Counted from the whole stretch's first letter, positions 1 to 13,206 are shown. The stretch: DNA of 61,990 nucleotides, filler included, from Sphacelaria rigidula (GCA_964200075.2; 6 parts of 6 records of this genome joined end to end with filler, not necessarily neighbours in it); one strand, 5' to 3'. Notes: generated by a model not told the origin, from the letters alone. A program made the numbers and translations.

Positions 1-71
1 CTTTGTAGGGATGCGAGGTCAATGGTCTTATGACTATGGCAAGCATGATCATGAGTACACCCCCCCCTCCC
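1..71 (+). repeat. 3' end of dispersed ~500-bp repeat family A
   Basis: GGGATGCGAGGTCAATGGTC...GATCATGAGTACACCCCCC matches ~5555-5612, ~38443-38498 and ~45970-46036. Confidence 0.85.
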
Positions 72-535
72 AAACCAGGCCCAAAACCCCAAACCGTATT
101 TGTTCACACCGAGTTTTCAAGCTAGCCTCTGAAAATCCTCCACGCATATGCTGTGGAACATGATGAAACTTACAATGGATGGGGACTTTGGGGTCATTTT
201 TTCGTCAACTATCGGGGATCCCAGCGTCCGGGGGGATCATATACCCCTCTGGGACCCCCAGTAACAGGTGAAAAACACAGATATCCAAAGACCCCGTTCA
301 ACGAATGTTTCATAGTGTCCCACGATGTTTATGTGTGCATTTCTTCAGAGTCCAACTCCAACAATTAACGTGAACACATTCGCATTTGCGCCTGTGCGCG
401 ATGACGTGAGCTTGGTCGGTGTAAAATCCTGACTGGTTGGTTCTATAGTCATATCAAAACCGACTTTTTCGGGAACGTTAAACGTTAAACGTCAAAAACA
501 GAAGGGAAAAAAAAAACATGAGGTTCTCGTGTTAA

Positions 536-1832
536 CCCTTCGACCGCGGTGGGGGTAGTCCATCTGGATCATGCATGCTGTTTTCAAGTGAATATTGATG
601 CCGATTCAGCAGGTGACCTACCTTCGGGGTCGAGAGGGGTCAAGCAACGAAACTTTCAACTATTTGTTTTGTAGGGTATATACCCGGAAGTGGGTAATGA
701 TTAGTTGACATCCCAAGCCACACTGGAATGGGCACCGAACATCCCGGTTAAGACCGTGAGGGTATCGAGTCCTGTTCCGAGCACTCCGATATGGTAAAGG
801 GGGATACTTACTATTTACCGATGAAACACCTCTATTACACTTCAGTGAAAACCCGATTTTCATCCGGAACACCCTACAAAACACAACCTTTGAAAACTTG
901 ATATGCATGCTGCTTGGACTTCCACGGGATGCGTACATACTCTTTTCCATTCCTGAAGGAATGCTGTACCGGCTTACGGGGGTCCCAGGGTCAAGACCTC
1001 CGGACGCCGGTTGAGAGCGGAGAAGTTTTGAATTTTTTTACACAACATTACATGTTGCCATTTGGAGCATCGATACGCAACAATCTGCTTAATTTGAGGG
1101 TGTTCGGAGCTACTCTGCGACAGATGTGAGGGGAGGCGTCAGGAGTCACTTTGAGGCGTCGATGCAGGCAGCGACTTTCATTCAAATGCTCCACAGCATC
1201 AGCATTACGCAAGCAATCTCACCGCTTGGAAAAAAATGTCTGCACTCACATACTAATTATGCAACCAACCCCACGGCGACGGGGTTGGGTTTTATACCGC
1301 ACCCGTCATTTCTTTTCATTGCTTCGTGCATTCAATCACTCGCAACCTCCCCCTCCCCACCTCTCCGTCTGAAGGATATCGTAGACGTGATCGCGGGTAG
1401 GGAAAGTCCAGCCTCAGCTTTTCAGAGGTTGGACTAACGTTTCACAAGCGCAGGCTGTTCGTTGAAGAACTCAAGTTTACAAGGTCTGAAATTCTGTAGG
1501 GACCCCCCCGGGCTTTTCTAAAGATCAGCGGCAACAATCCGAGTGCATAAGCAGTGCTTATTACAGCTGCATATGCTATCCTCATACCGCGAAACCATCA
1601 AAATACGACGACCCTTCACCATTTGAAAGCCGGACGTGATCCATCTGTGGAATCGGCATCACTTTCACTTGTAAAATGACTGAAAATAATACCGATTCCA
1701 CAAATAGCTCACCTCCAGAGGTCAAAGGGCTAAATCCCTTGACCGCGAGCTTAGGTCATGTGTTGAATCAGCATCACTTTCTCTTGAAAAATGAATGCCT
1801 GACCAGATGACATACCCTCGCGGTCAAAGGCG
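536..1832. mobile_element. Non-autonomous piggyBac-like element (degenerate, possibly composite)
   Basis: Starts ttaa|CCCTTCGACCGCGG...CCATCTGG and ends CCAGATGACATACCCTCGCGGTCAAAGGCG|taa. TTAA target and CCC terminus are piggyBac hallmarks. An extra internal end-like copy lies at ~1640-1750. Confidence 0.6.
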
Positions 1833-2734
1833 TAAGGTGCAAGCCCATGCCCACCGACTACCCTCGGTTATGCCTGTATACGCTAGCCAGTGGCTGTACG
1901 GTTCGGTTGTGTATGGAGAGGGTACACACATATACTGCAGCACCCACCGTCAACAAACGACGAGCATCAGAGTCAGTGCAGTGTCACTACCAAATATGTA
2001 TCGGCGAGGTTTATACCTTTCCGAGATGAAGAAAAAAACGGCGCAAGTAAGAGCCACTGGGACAAAAGCAGCCAGCGCACCTCCGCTGCAAAAGTCGGCG
2101 GAAGCTACCCGACATCAGTAGTATACAGGAAATCCATAAAAGTCGGATGTTCAGAGACCAGAAATATTCAGGAAATCCGCAAAATAAGGTTTCCTAAATT
2201 CCCAATGCTTCCGATAGGGGGCTTTGCTCAGTACCAAACGACTACATTTTTGAATTTAGTGTCGGGGGCACACAGGCACTCAACTTCACGGTCGACGAGG
2301 GAAAGTGGTCGCTGAACCTCGTCACGGCAAAAAGTGAGGCAGTCACCGCAGGACGAAGGTGGGGTATTCGAAAAAAACCCCTCCCGTGTTGATTTTCTGT
2401 TGTCTGACCCCGTCTGATGCGCCCACATATACCGAAAAGTGAAGACTGGAGTCTAGAGTAGGTAGGATGACAATACACAAAACACAAAACACACACAATA
2501 ACAGCTCACGGTCTGCTCCGTTTTGACGGGCGGAATCGCATCAAGCGCGCACACGCACAGGATTAATACCAAGTTATCGAGGCGCGGCAAGGACCACCTG
2601 TGATTGGCCGCTCGTCACCTTTCCAAGATCGAGTTATGCAGACTACCATCGATCGCGCTCGCTTGTTTTTTCTTCTTCTAGTGTCCATACGAGCTGATCT
2701 ACGACTCTGACATCAAACTGATCCACCAGGGAAT

Positions 2735-3030
2735 AATGCCCTTCGCAATTTCTTGTCGACAGTCGCATGCATGATATTATACTGACCGCCGTGTCTTTCT
2801 GAAGTGGGTAACATGCTGGATTTTCATTCAAGGCCATAAAGGTGCTGTTAAGGGCGAAAAAATACTTCGACCAATCAGCAACCTTCGAATTGTTTTGAAA
2901 CTGAAAATACAAATTCCCAACACAATATTTACCCCATCTCAACATGCTTCAAGTCGTAGTAACCGCCATCGACTGGAGAATCTAACCGAAACCGGTTACT
3001 ATGGGATCGAATTATACTCAAAACCACGGT
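2735..3030. repeat. Dispersed repeat family B (second copy ~30385-30700)
   Basis: Shared motifs AGTCGCAT.CATGATAT.ATACTGA.CGCC, TAAGGGCGAAAA and GTAACCG.CATCG...TCGAATTATA in the same order in contigs 1 and 3. Confidence 0.7.
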
Positions 3031-6000
3031 AACATATCCTAAATGGGGTATTGGTGTCGCCGGAATTTCCCCGATGTGCACAAAAAACAAGAAAATTACG
3101 GACAATTTCCCTCACATCTGTGGCAAAAAAACTGCGATCGCCCCAAAACCTAACAGTTCGGTAAGTATTGATGTCGCAAGTCGAAAACATGTACTAGTAT
3201 ATTAGTATTGTAGGAAAGTGTTTAAAATACTTCCTCCGCGCTCTACCGACTTCCGGGGATCCAGGCGTGAAAACCTCCGGAAGTTGGTACAGAATGCTTC
3301 AAGAAAATATATATATATTTACACGCGTACCAGCGTACGTAGTCCAAGGAACGCTTGCAAAAAATCTCATGTAATTCTTCTCGTGTTCACGTTAAAGGTT
3401 TCCGGAAAGGTCAAGCAGTTTAGCAGTCTGTACCTTCCACGGGCACTTCATCGCAAAAAAGGCGTAAAACTTGCACACGTCAGACGGATCATGACCCGTC
3501 TGAAATAACTTGATCAAGGAACACTCGCAGACACGTTGGTCCTCAAACACAACATATGATACGTGACCGCGGAGTCGGAGAAGCCAAAGCGCAACCTTTG
3601 CGCTACTCGGCGTCCGGGGCTGTCGGGAGCAAACATGGGAAACAGGGGCCAAATGATCCGGATCATGAACCAGATCGGTACACTGAGAGGGAGTCATTTC
3701 CAGACCGATCATCTGCCGGACGTGCGACACCTTGCACGCCATTTTTGGGGGGTTGCTGCACTCTAAACTTTTGCACACACACTGTGGGGGGCGTTACGAA
3801 ACTGCGCAAGCGCCTCCTCTTCTCAGCCAGCTAACGGCTACTCTTTCTTTTCGGGAGGCGGGGGGGGAGGGGCGGAGATGAACGTGCTTCTCAGCTACAA
3901 ACCAATTCAAATGCAGTACGTGTAGAGTGGAGGTCTCGTTAAAGTGCGGTCCTCCAAACTGGGTGTCCCGTGAAAGTGCCATTTTCCAAAGTGCATCTAG
4001 AATCGCTGGTCAAAAGTCTGGTCCGCTATACTGTTAGGTGTGAAATAAAGGGAACTTTTTCTCAAAACTTTGTCTGGCAAATGGTACTCCTCTTGCGACT
4101 CTTGAAAAAAAAGCTAAAGAAAATTCAACCCTAGATTTCCGAAGTCACATACATGTATAGAGAGTCTTAGGACTAATCCATTGCTTGACCTGGTTTAGAG
4201 TATGTCATCACATTTTCACGGAAGTTTTTTTTCCCCGAAAAAGTCGGAAAGGTGTGAAAAAAAGTGGCGATGGCCCTTAACTTTTTCGGAACCGTAGATA
4301 AAAAAGTGACGATTTACAATTGATGTTCTCTTGATAAAAAAATATTTGTTTGTTCTGCAAGTGTTAATGATGCAGCTCGCCAAAACGGTGCTCTGCTCTG
4401 AGTTAAAGTATACCAATGTGACATATTCGTGGACCGAACTCCAAGTTACTTTTTCCCCGTGACAAAAGCTAGGTATAGGGGACTTCGTACAGTTTTTTGC
4501 GAGTTCCAAGAGGGTTAAACAGCGAGCGTCGCCTCGGAGCAGTTTCGCAGGCTGATAGTCCGGAGACATTCGGGGCTTCCAGGGGGGCAACGGGGATGGT
4601 TTTAACGGCGGGGTGAGGGCCTGTTGGCAGAACAGCTCACCATGCATATTTGGAAGATTTGAAGATTTTCACGGAAAATTGTGAGTCAGGAACGAGACCT
4701 TGGAGAAGTGGAGTGATGAGTCTGACCAATCCCGGCTATCAAACCGGTCACTTTGTTCCAATACAGGTGGAATATACATGAGGATTCTTATTTTGCTGTT
4801 GAGCCGTATTTCTCACGTTGGTGAGGACAAATCAACCATTCAGAGATGACATGGACACAAATAACATGTTTCGTACTCTGCCCGTGGTCTGTGCCGCCTG
4901 CCTGACCCCGTTATGTGTTGCCAGCATAGCTTCACACTGTCCGTAGTAGTGCTCTTGTGGAACACTAGGCAGAGGCATCAGCAGCATGCACTAGATTGTG
5001 CTTAGTGGAGAGCGATGTCACCCTGAGTATTTCTTGCCCTTGTATCCAGCGGAGACATACAGCACACATGACTAACTCTGCACGCAATAGACTGCAGCGT
5101 CACAACTGGTCATGGGTTCTCCGGGATTGTTCTCTATTTAGATGTCCAGCATCCACATGCTCATGAACAAAGGGGTTTTGTGTAGCGAGGAAAGCAGCTG
5201 TTCTGAGCCCGAAATGTGGCAGAGTCCATCTCAGTCCATCTGAGGGGGGCTCGCAATCTAATGGTACCCGTCACAAAGCATTTCAAGTACACCCGCATGT
5301 ATGATGCGCAGTTCCCAAATGACACGGATGAACGAGATTCATAACCCGCCATCCTGTATTACCGCGAAAAATGCCCTTTGGTCAACAGTTCAACAGTATT
5401 TACAAAAAACCGGACATGATCAGGGCGCATGAGCAAATCACATCCTGCTGCTTCGGCGGGGCAATTAGACATCGGCATGTCAATGCTTGAATTAGTCCGA
5501 CCGTGTTGAGACTGATTGGTCAGTATTTTCCCCCCTCACTGCTCCGTCTCGAAAGGGATGCGTGGTCAATGGTCACACGACTAAGGCAAGCAACAAATGA
5601 GTACGCCCCCCTCACGCTCAATATACAGTAGTCGGCGAACATAGTGGGCGAAGTTGATAATTTATTCGTAGTTTGACGATTTTTCGCGTGCCACTGCTCA
5701 TCACAGTAGTGATATTTTGAACCCAAAGTTGAGCGATGGGGAAATACCTGCATCTGCCCCGAACAGAGGGACATTTCTACAATTAATATTAGACAATTTA
5801 CAGGGTGACCGGTTCTCCGGGGTCTTACGACTACATAGCCCCAGGTTTTGACCCCTCGGTCTGCTTGCTCGATTGAACCAAACACGATGGTTTTCCTGAA
5901 CAAAAAAAAATCATGTTTTGAAACTCCACGTAAAACTACGCTGAGTCGGAGTCGGAAAACAGCGTTTTATGGATCAACGGCGGTCAGCAGCACCCTCCTG

Positions 6001-6110
6001 AAGACAAATCTTTACCACGCATCACCCCAACAACACCAACATAAGGAATTGTGTCCTGAGCACGACCTGGTCATTATCCCAAGATCTTTCCACCGTAGCA
6101 TTTTTGAGCA

Positions 6111-6587
6111 CTTAGACCAACTCTAATGGGAGCCGTTCAAAATTCCTGTCGAAAACTGCCTTGTTGGCCCTTCTCCGTCGATTTATGCCCAAAAAGAGGG
6201 CTAGGCGAATGTTGACGCCTTGGAATGACTCGCTGTACTCGTTGAGACCGTTCTAGGGCAACTTTGCATTTCCCGCTGGCCGCACTCTTGTTTTTGGCCA
6301 AATCAGGCCAAACACGGATTTTCGGTAAACAACGGTCGGGTGATCAAAATCTCCCCCTGTTTTTATCGCTTGACCGTTTTCATTGAAAATCCGTGTTTGG
6401 CCAAAACTAGAAGTGCGGCCAGCGGTGAATGCAAAGTTGCCCTGGAACGGTCTCACTGAGTAGAGCAAGTCGTTCCAAGGCGTCAACATCCGCCTAGCCC
6501 TCCCCTCAGGCGTAAAACGACGAAGAAGGTCCAAAAATGCAGTTTTGAACAGAAATTTTGACCGGCTCCCATTAGAGTCGGTCTAAG
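6111..6587. mobile_element. Fully palindromic MITE, PIF/Harbinger (Tourist)-like
   Basis: CTTAGACCAACTCTAATGGGAGCCG... is mirrored by ...CCGGCTCCCATTAGAGTCGGTCTAAG. Arms are ~230 bp, the centre is ~6350, and the flanks are TTA/TAA. Confidence 0.8.
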
Positions 6588-7895
6588 AAAGGATATTGTG
6601 CGAAAAAATGACAAAAAAATCATGTACTACAAAATTCGCCCAGTTAGCGTGCCGACTACTATATACAAGCTATATACATGCGCCATTCATTTCATTTTCT
6701 TGGTCTTCTACCCTGAATGATGACGATTGTCTCGCGTTTCAAGCTTCGAGGCGGCGCGCTTGGCCAAGGCATCTTCGGGCCAAAAAACACCACTATAAAC
6801 TTTCTTATATTATGGCGAGTCTTTCTCCATTTAGTTCAACGTGCGAAGATGAAGAAACGTAACAATTCTGGTGTTCTCTTCAGATGTAGCTCTGGTGCGC
6901 AGCCATAACCTCTCCACATCTTGACGGGATCGGTTGTCCTCAGTTCTTCGGCGGGCAACCTCAAAATATGTAACACGTTCTTCTAGCAAAATTCACGTAT
7001 TTCATCCCTTCGTGTCGCTCAGCACACGAGCATGGACGCAAACTGCCGTGCACACATACACATACTAAGAGTGTGTGCGTCATGACAATGCACGCACACG
7101 AGTGGAGTATGACCTGTCGTCGATCGCCTTTCGGACAACCAAGAGGAGTCATGACTTGTTGGCTTCCTCTAATAGGCGTTCTTTGGGTAGAACTGGGGGA
7201 ACCTTTGGTTCGTTTGACTTCTCTTGAACCCTCTCCCTTACCCCACCCTCGAGAAAATTTGGTCAATCGTTGCAATAGACAAAAAAGGTATTGCGTAAAG
7301 AATACGCCTATTTGAACTTTTATCGGCCGAAAACTGTTGCAATAGGCGTATGCTTTACGCAGAACATTCTTGTGTCTTTTGCAACTACTGACCATATTTT
7401 GTGCAGTGTGAGGTGGGAATGTTGTGTAGAACCCATCGCTGAAGAACTTTCTAATAACCTCGTATCGTGAGCGACGTGCTCCGCTGTTCGCCGCTTACAG
7501 ATTGATGCCACAGCATTTTGATTGCGGAAAGGTGAGGGAACGGCTTTGCGGGAGGTGTTCGGGAGAAAGAGTAGTGCTCGGAGGGCAAACAACTCTCCAC
7601 ATTTGAACCCAGTCGCACTAATTTGGACGATGACAGCATTGAATGTACTAGGGTCGAAGCCGAGTAGAGTGGCGCGCATACTGCGCCAAGCTGACAAGAG
7701 GTTGTAATGGATTCGACCCTCACAAGACCTTGGGCAAAGTTTTCCGAACGCTCGAGGTGCCTACTCCACAGGATTGCCGCTAGACGGTCTAGCCGAGCCT
7801 CCAAGTAATCGACACATGTGTTTGCGGGGTAAGGGTTGGGTGACGTGTCCTCCTTCCTTCAAGGGAAAAAAACAAAAACACCATACGTATCGTGC

Positions 7896-8040
7896 CGCCT
7901 CGCCCGGTTGCCATAACCGGGTGCATCATCAGACCGGTTAGTGTAAAGTTGAGGGTTCGACTCCTGGGGGATAAAATAGATGTTTTTCAGTGCCAAGATG
8001 TCTGCTGATTTCCGGCGTCGAAAATGTGAGAGCGTCCGTG
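7896..8040 (+). mobile_element. tRNA-derived SINE (head and start of body)
   Basis: Pol III B-box GGTTCGACTCC at 7954-7964 with a degenerate A-box upstream; no complete cloverleaf. The 3' boundary is uncertain. Confidence 0.5.
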
Positions 8041-9185
8041 ACAACGAAACTCTGACGGAAAGTGGACCGCGGTGCGAAAGCACTGATCGTACTCCGCGAC
8101 ATCAAAACATCAGGCAAGTACGAAGAGCACCCATACCGCAGGAGAGATGTACGTGGATTTGATCACTCGACACTGCGGGCTCGTGCCAGGGAAGCGGAAG
8201 AGTTGGTGATTTAGGGGCGAAGCTCATCGAAGTAGGGCGGCGCGTGTACATTCAAAGTTGTCAGGGGGGTTAAGCGGGCTCGACTTCCACACTGCCTCGA
8301 GCAAAGCTTGCCCAACGCTCCAGGCGCTTACCCACACACGATTGCCGCGAGGCGGTCTAGTCGAGCCTTATGGTAACCGGCACTCGGCCCCGTTCACGGG
8401 AGAGGTGTTGGGTGAGGTTTCTCCCTCCTTACAAGGGAAAAAGAAGAGGGGGCGGCGGGGAGGCTGGCGATACGCCAGAAAAAAACGACCCCGGTGTGTG
8501 AGAGGACTTCATCTGCTACTGTACTGCAGGATATCCAACAAACAAGGAAATCTATCTATTCACCCCACGAAACTAGCATCTTTTGTCTGGGAGGTAGGCT
8601 GGGGGGGACGGGGGAGGCGGGGGATGCCCTCGGGTGATTTAAAAAACGCCTCCCCATCGCCTCCTGCGATTGGGGTGATACGCTGGTGCCTGGCTGTAGG
8701 TGAATGAGCGAGTAGGCGGCATACTCTACAGCGGTTTAGCTGATCTATGTCCAGAACGTGTGTATCCATACAATACAGGACCGTGTCTAGTGCACGCCGT
8801 CGATTTGTGTCAGATGTGAATGATTGAGTGACTGAGCGGACGAGCAAAATGAAAATACTCTGAGTAAACATGATCGCTTTAGTCTACCCGCAGGAGCCGA
8901 CCACAACACAGCGGGACAACTTCATCGGAAACAAGAATGGAGTAACATGACACACCTAAATTTGACATTTTCCGCACTATCTACCACTGACTGAAACACA
9001 TGAAGCATGAAAAACGAATCACTCAAAGTACACCGGAGAGGAGGGGGATATCACACACCTATACACACAACAGAGATCATCCGGTGAATCCGGTAAACAA
9101 CGTTCCTGTTGCTTTTGTCACAAGTCACTGATAAGGAATCCATGTTAAGGCGCAACCAACCCCTCAACCCTGTGGGCGACCTTAA

Positions 9186-9267
9186 CCCTTGGACCGCGAT
9201 TGGCATCAAATTTTCCTTCAAGAAGTAGAAGTGATCCAGATGGACAACCCCCACTGCGGTCTAAGGG
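9186..9267. mobile_element. Minimal 82-bp piggyBac-like derivative
   Basis: ttaa|CCCTTGGACCGCG ... TGCGGTCTAAGGG|ttag, with the same subterminal GATCCAGATGGAC motif as 536-1832. Confidence 0.65.
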
Positions 9268-9411
9268 TTAGCTGCGACACCTGGAATCCTGACCATGTTC
9301 TACCCCGGTTGTAAAAAAATGAAAATTGAACAGAAGGCGGATGAAAACAAATGTGATACCTCGGACGATCGAATGCGAACGCCATCCCACTCTCGCTTCA
9401 AGTAGATATTG

Positions 9412-10014
9412 TTACTGGCAGGTCGCCCCCGGGTGCGAAACATGAGGGGATGAGGGATCTCTGAGGGTACGGCGATAGAACGGCAGTTTGTCCCTCCATA
9501 GACTCAAAAACACGTTCGAAATTTCATGCTTGACCCACAGCCACATCTGCAAGTACAGCTGGTACTAGCTGAATACAAAACAACACACAGGTCTCTGCTT
9601 CGCGGACATGTACATGGTACTGTACAATACATAACGCCACAGCGGCACGGTCAGTACACCAAGCACTACAGAACACCAAAGTAGTTCATTGTTCAGTCAG
9701 TGCTGTAGTATCAAGCATGACCCGACCTCTGCCCCCACCACACCGAACAAGAAAGAGAGCTCACGTGGACACAGGCGCCAGCATTCCCGAAGGTAGCCCT
9801 CCCATCGAGTCAACCCCTGGTGGCGGCATCTTTTCCCCCGAATATTGTCGCTGCGACCCCGTTCCCTCCATCGGCGGAGAGTATGCAACCCCGCTTGGTG
9901 GCAGCCCCCCCGTACCCCCTCTCGCTCCCCCACCAGAATTCCCCCGCCCCGCATCCGTTAGCCCGGTACTAGCCCCTCCCGCCCCGCTGGGCCCAACACT
10001 TTGCTGCTGCGGTC

Positions 10015-10046
<32 letters not shown>

Positions 10047-10131
10047 CTACTCGCAGTTGCGGGGTTCACAGTTATCACGCGGCCTCCCTCTACCTGTGAA
10101 TTGGCGCCCCCTTGGAAGTCGGCGACGCCAT

Positions 10132-10135
<4 letters not shown>
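9412..10135 (-). CDS. Last two exons of an unknown poly-Q/Gly-rich low-complexity protein (exons ~10135-9765 and 9460-9412; 5' part lost in poly-C and the gap)
   Basis: Open frame GNGVADFQGGANSQVEGGRVITVNPATASRQQQQQQQQQQRP...LAPVS ends at donor GTGAGC. Acceptor CCCTCAG at 9461 gives the phase-compatible T-DPSSPHVSHPGATCQ*. Confidence 0.6.
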
Positions 10136-10188
<53 letters not shown>

Positions 10189-10250
10189 TTTGCGCCCCGG
10201 GGGGGGGCGTGGTGGGGTTTTTTTGTTTGCCCTCCCTCGCGCGGCTGTGC

Positions 10251-10350
10251 NNNNNNNNNNNNNNNNNNNNNNNNNNNNNNNNNNNNNNNNNNNNTTAATT
10301 AATTAANNNNNNNNNNNNNNNNNNNNNNNNNNNNNNNNNNNNNNNNNNNN
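10251..10350. other. Artificial contig linker (N44-TTAATTAATTAA-N44)
   Basis: Identical 100-nt spacer with stops in all six frames, occurring five times; the contigs between them are size-sorted (10250 down to 10246 bp). Confidence 0.98.
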
Positions 10351-10402
10351 ACCATATTTTTTTTCATTCATTTTTTCACTGGTTGAGGGCGTGTTAGTAT
10401 AG

Positions 10403-10765
10403 TGAAGACCATTTCTTCACGAAAACGCTCTAACCTCTGAAAAAAAACGAAGGCCCATTTTTTTTTTCGGCACTCTTCTGCGGTTCTCCACACCAATTTT
10501 CGTCGCCATCGGCTAAATGCATAAATCAATAGTTTCACAGAGATTTTAGTATTATTGGCGCTATCTCCCTTCTTAGGTATTATAGGAATTACTAGACATG
10601 GAGTTTAATCAACGAGAAAATATGGGCCCAAACGTTTGAGTAGATGGGCACCTTCCCCTTGATTCGACGAATAATACGATATGCGGACCACGGCCCAATT
10701 CGTTTCCGGTGATGAGATATTGCTCTGCCAGGTTAAATCCGTTTCTGGGCTGACCCAGCTCGTAG
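10403..10765. repeat. Dispersed repeat family C (second copy ~52580-52930)
   Basis: GAAGACCATTTCTTCACGA...GCTAAATGCAT...ATAGGAATTACTAGACATGG...TATGGGCCCAAA...GATGAGATATTGC...CCCAGCTCGT is collinear in contigs 2 and 6. Confidence 0.85.
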
Positions 10766-10939
10766 AATATCTGCGGTTCAGGGCCGAATTCGTCTGTTTC
10801 GACGAGATACGGCTGTAAGTGAGAAGTCTTTTAAGATCGTTTTTAGGCTGGCCCAACTCGTGAAAGGGGCGGGTGGTCGAACAAGGCGAAAAAAAGCAAA
10901 ACATGGCGAAAGAGAAACGAGAGGGTATTGAACAGTTGT

Positions 10940-11019
10940 GTTTGCGCACGGGTTCGAACCAGCGTTTCCGATCGCACAGCCTGCCGTTTCCGACAGCGTG
11001 ACCACTGAACTATCGCGTC
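10940..11019 (-). mobile_element. tRNA-derived SINE head
   Basis: Minus strand reads GACGCGA-TAGTTCAGTGG (A box) ... GGTTCGAACCC (B box); the acceptor stem does not close. Confidence 0.6.
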
Positions 11020-11439
11020 ATTTCCTCATGGTCGCCTCGCCAATTTGTCACATCTAAACATGATTGCTTACACGTTTTGCAAAAGGATTTTCCACCGCAG
11101 CTTAAAGTCTCCTGTGTTGATCCAATGTTTTGATCATTTGTCCAAACCTTGGTTGATGGTGGATCGTGATTATTTGATGATCGCCAACTGTAACAATAGC
11201 GACGGTGGCACTATTATTGTAGTAGTGCATGTTGATTATTTTTCAGTCGTCAGATTAGTAGGGGTGGTATACATCGTCACCTTTAAGGACCTGGGGCAGG
11301 TGTCACCCCACACCTCTGTCATTCTTCATTTTCCTTCTCTTTGTTGGAGGTTTCGACCCGCATTGCTGTACTTTCCTCTCACAACAGGGAACAACTCAGC
11401 GTAACCCACGTACAACACCGTAGCGTAAGGATTGGAATC

Positions 11440-11654
11440 ATGTCTGGTGCAACAAGAACAAGCGGTGCGATGATTGTGCGAGCAGCTGGGTTCGCCCACA
11501 AAAACGGTGCTGCGCGGCCAGGACTGTTGGCGTTGCGGCAACAGCAGCAAACACGCAGTTTCAGTAAGACTACCACCGCCTTGGGCGCCAAGAAAATTGC
11601 GGTGAAGAACCCCGTCGTCGACCTCGACGGCGATGAGATGACTCGCATCATCTG
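11440..11654 (+). CDS. IDH: NADP-dependent isocitrate dehydrogenase, mitochondrial precursor, exon 1
   Basis: Arg/Ala/Ser-rich presequence lacking acidic residues (..QTRSFS..) followed by the conserved KIAVKNPVVDLDGDEMTRIIW; donor GTGAGA. Confidence 0.95.
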
Positions 11655-13079
11655 GTGAGAATATGCCTTGTGTATTTTGTCACTTCTGTTGCGCGCTGGG
11701 TTATTTGCATTTTGTTCGATATGCACGGAGATAAAGAATGTGTGTAGGTGTGGTTGGCTTCGATGCGCTGCGACTTGTGTGTTGTATCCCGAAGCGGTTC
11801 CATCTCATTGTGCAAGTGAACTAGAACAACATCGCAACATACACCCGCTTATATGCGCATACATGTGCTGCTGCCCCTCCCTCTCTCACTTGCTCTCGGC
11901 GCATCGGAGTCCGAAGCTGACATACTCCATTCATGTAATAGAGAGCGATTTGCTCCGCTAGTCTCTATGCTTGTATCATCAGTGTAGGCACTAGGCATCG
12001 GTGCGCTAGAGTAATTCTGTTCGTGTTGTATTCGTGGTCGGGTCGGCCACGGTTGCTGGTGATGAGGAACTTCAACCGACGTGTCTCGTGCGCTCACCGA
12101 CTTGCTGGGCTATTCCAACCGCCAGCAGGGCATAAAATTACAATTGTAGCATGTAGGAGAGAAGCGACTTTGGGTGTTTCCCGTGCGCATGCTCGGAAGC
12201 AATGCATAGATAAGAGTAGATACAGGCACTGCTTTGGCACAGTAGCTAGCTTGCTTGTAGGCTAATTCAGATGCTGTTCACCTGGCTGAATGAGAGTCCT
12301 GTAAAGCTCTGTGCGTTGGATGTTTCTGAAAACTCATGAAATGAAAGCAGTTTCATGGCCCTTCTCTTGTACAGACAGGGCAGCCGGTACCAACAGCCGC
12401 TCCGCACGAGCAGTGAGATTCGAACGCGTAACCTGGCTGTCGTACTTTCAGTACATTTTCATGTACGCCGTACTAAAGTGTACCAGCTGCTTTGTTCATG
12501 TTACCCTGGTGGGAACTTCACGGCGCTCTCGCGTTTCGTGCGGCCTGCATGTGTAACGCCTGGTGTAGTTTTGTTGGTCGATGCTCTGTCATACCGTACC
12601 TTCTGTCTGCACCGTCCGTTGTACTTGTACTACAATACTCCGCCGGCTTGACTACGAGGTCATGTTGCGTCACCACGATGCGGTATGATACCGTTGGACG
12701 GTACTATTCCTGCCATCTTTGCCGCTCTCCGTCCTACCACATGCCTAGTGTACTCGCCCCTCTGGCAGATATTTTGGCACCCCTTTTGTGCGGAACCAAC
12801 GAAGGATCGGGACGGATACTGATTCGTCCAAAAATTGCTTGTTTGTGGTGACGTTGATTCGTACGCTAGAAATCAATCCTTGGGCACTGTTTCCGGTGTT
12901 GCACCCCAGGTCGCACACCCCTGGCTCATGGGATAGCGCAAAACTTGCGGAGACTCTTTCTACCCGCGATCAACATGCTGTTTCTCTACTTCGAGGAATC
13001 GGGCCTCAGAAATCGTAGGTTTGTTGACTCGAACCAGCGATGACTCGTCTGATCCTTGGACCCTTCCTCAAACCAACAG

Positions 13080-13206
13080 GGATCACATCAAAAGCAAATT
13101 GATCCTGCCGTACGTGGACCTGCAAATAGAGTACTTCGACCTCGGACTGCCCAGCCGCGATGCCACAGACGACCAGATCACCGTCGACGCTGCACACGCC
13201 ATTTTG
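13080..13206 (+). CDS. IDH: NADP-IDH exon 2
   Basis: CAG acceptor; [42 protein letters not shown]; donor GTGAGC. Confidence 0.95.

Noticed and set aside
6825-7804. Protein-like minus-strand frames (LEARLDRLAAILW..., VARRRTEDNRSRQDVERLWLR...)
   Set aside because: I could not build a consistent spliced model or recognise a family.
10057-10250. Poly-proline ORFs (formin/extensin-like)
   Set aside because: They come from a C homopolymer at a low-quality contig end; the plausible coding frame is on the opposite strand.
9717-10250. Plus-strand ORF with poly-Cys
   Set aside because: Antisense shadow of the CAG (poly-Q) exon.
10251-10350. Recurrent TTAATTAATTAA motif at ~10.35-kb spacing
   Set aside because: Artificial concatenation linker; the periodicity reflects size-sorted contigs, so gene neighbourhoods across linkers are meaningless.
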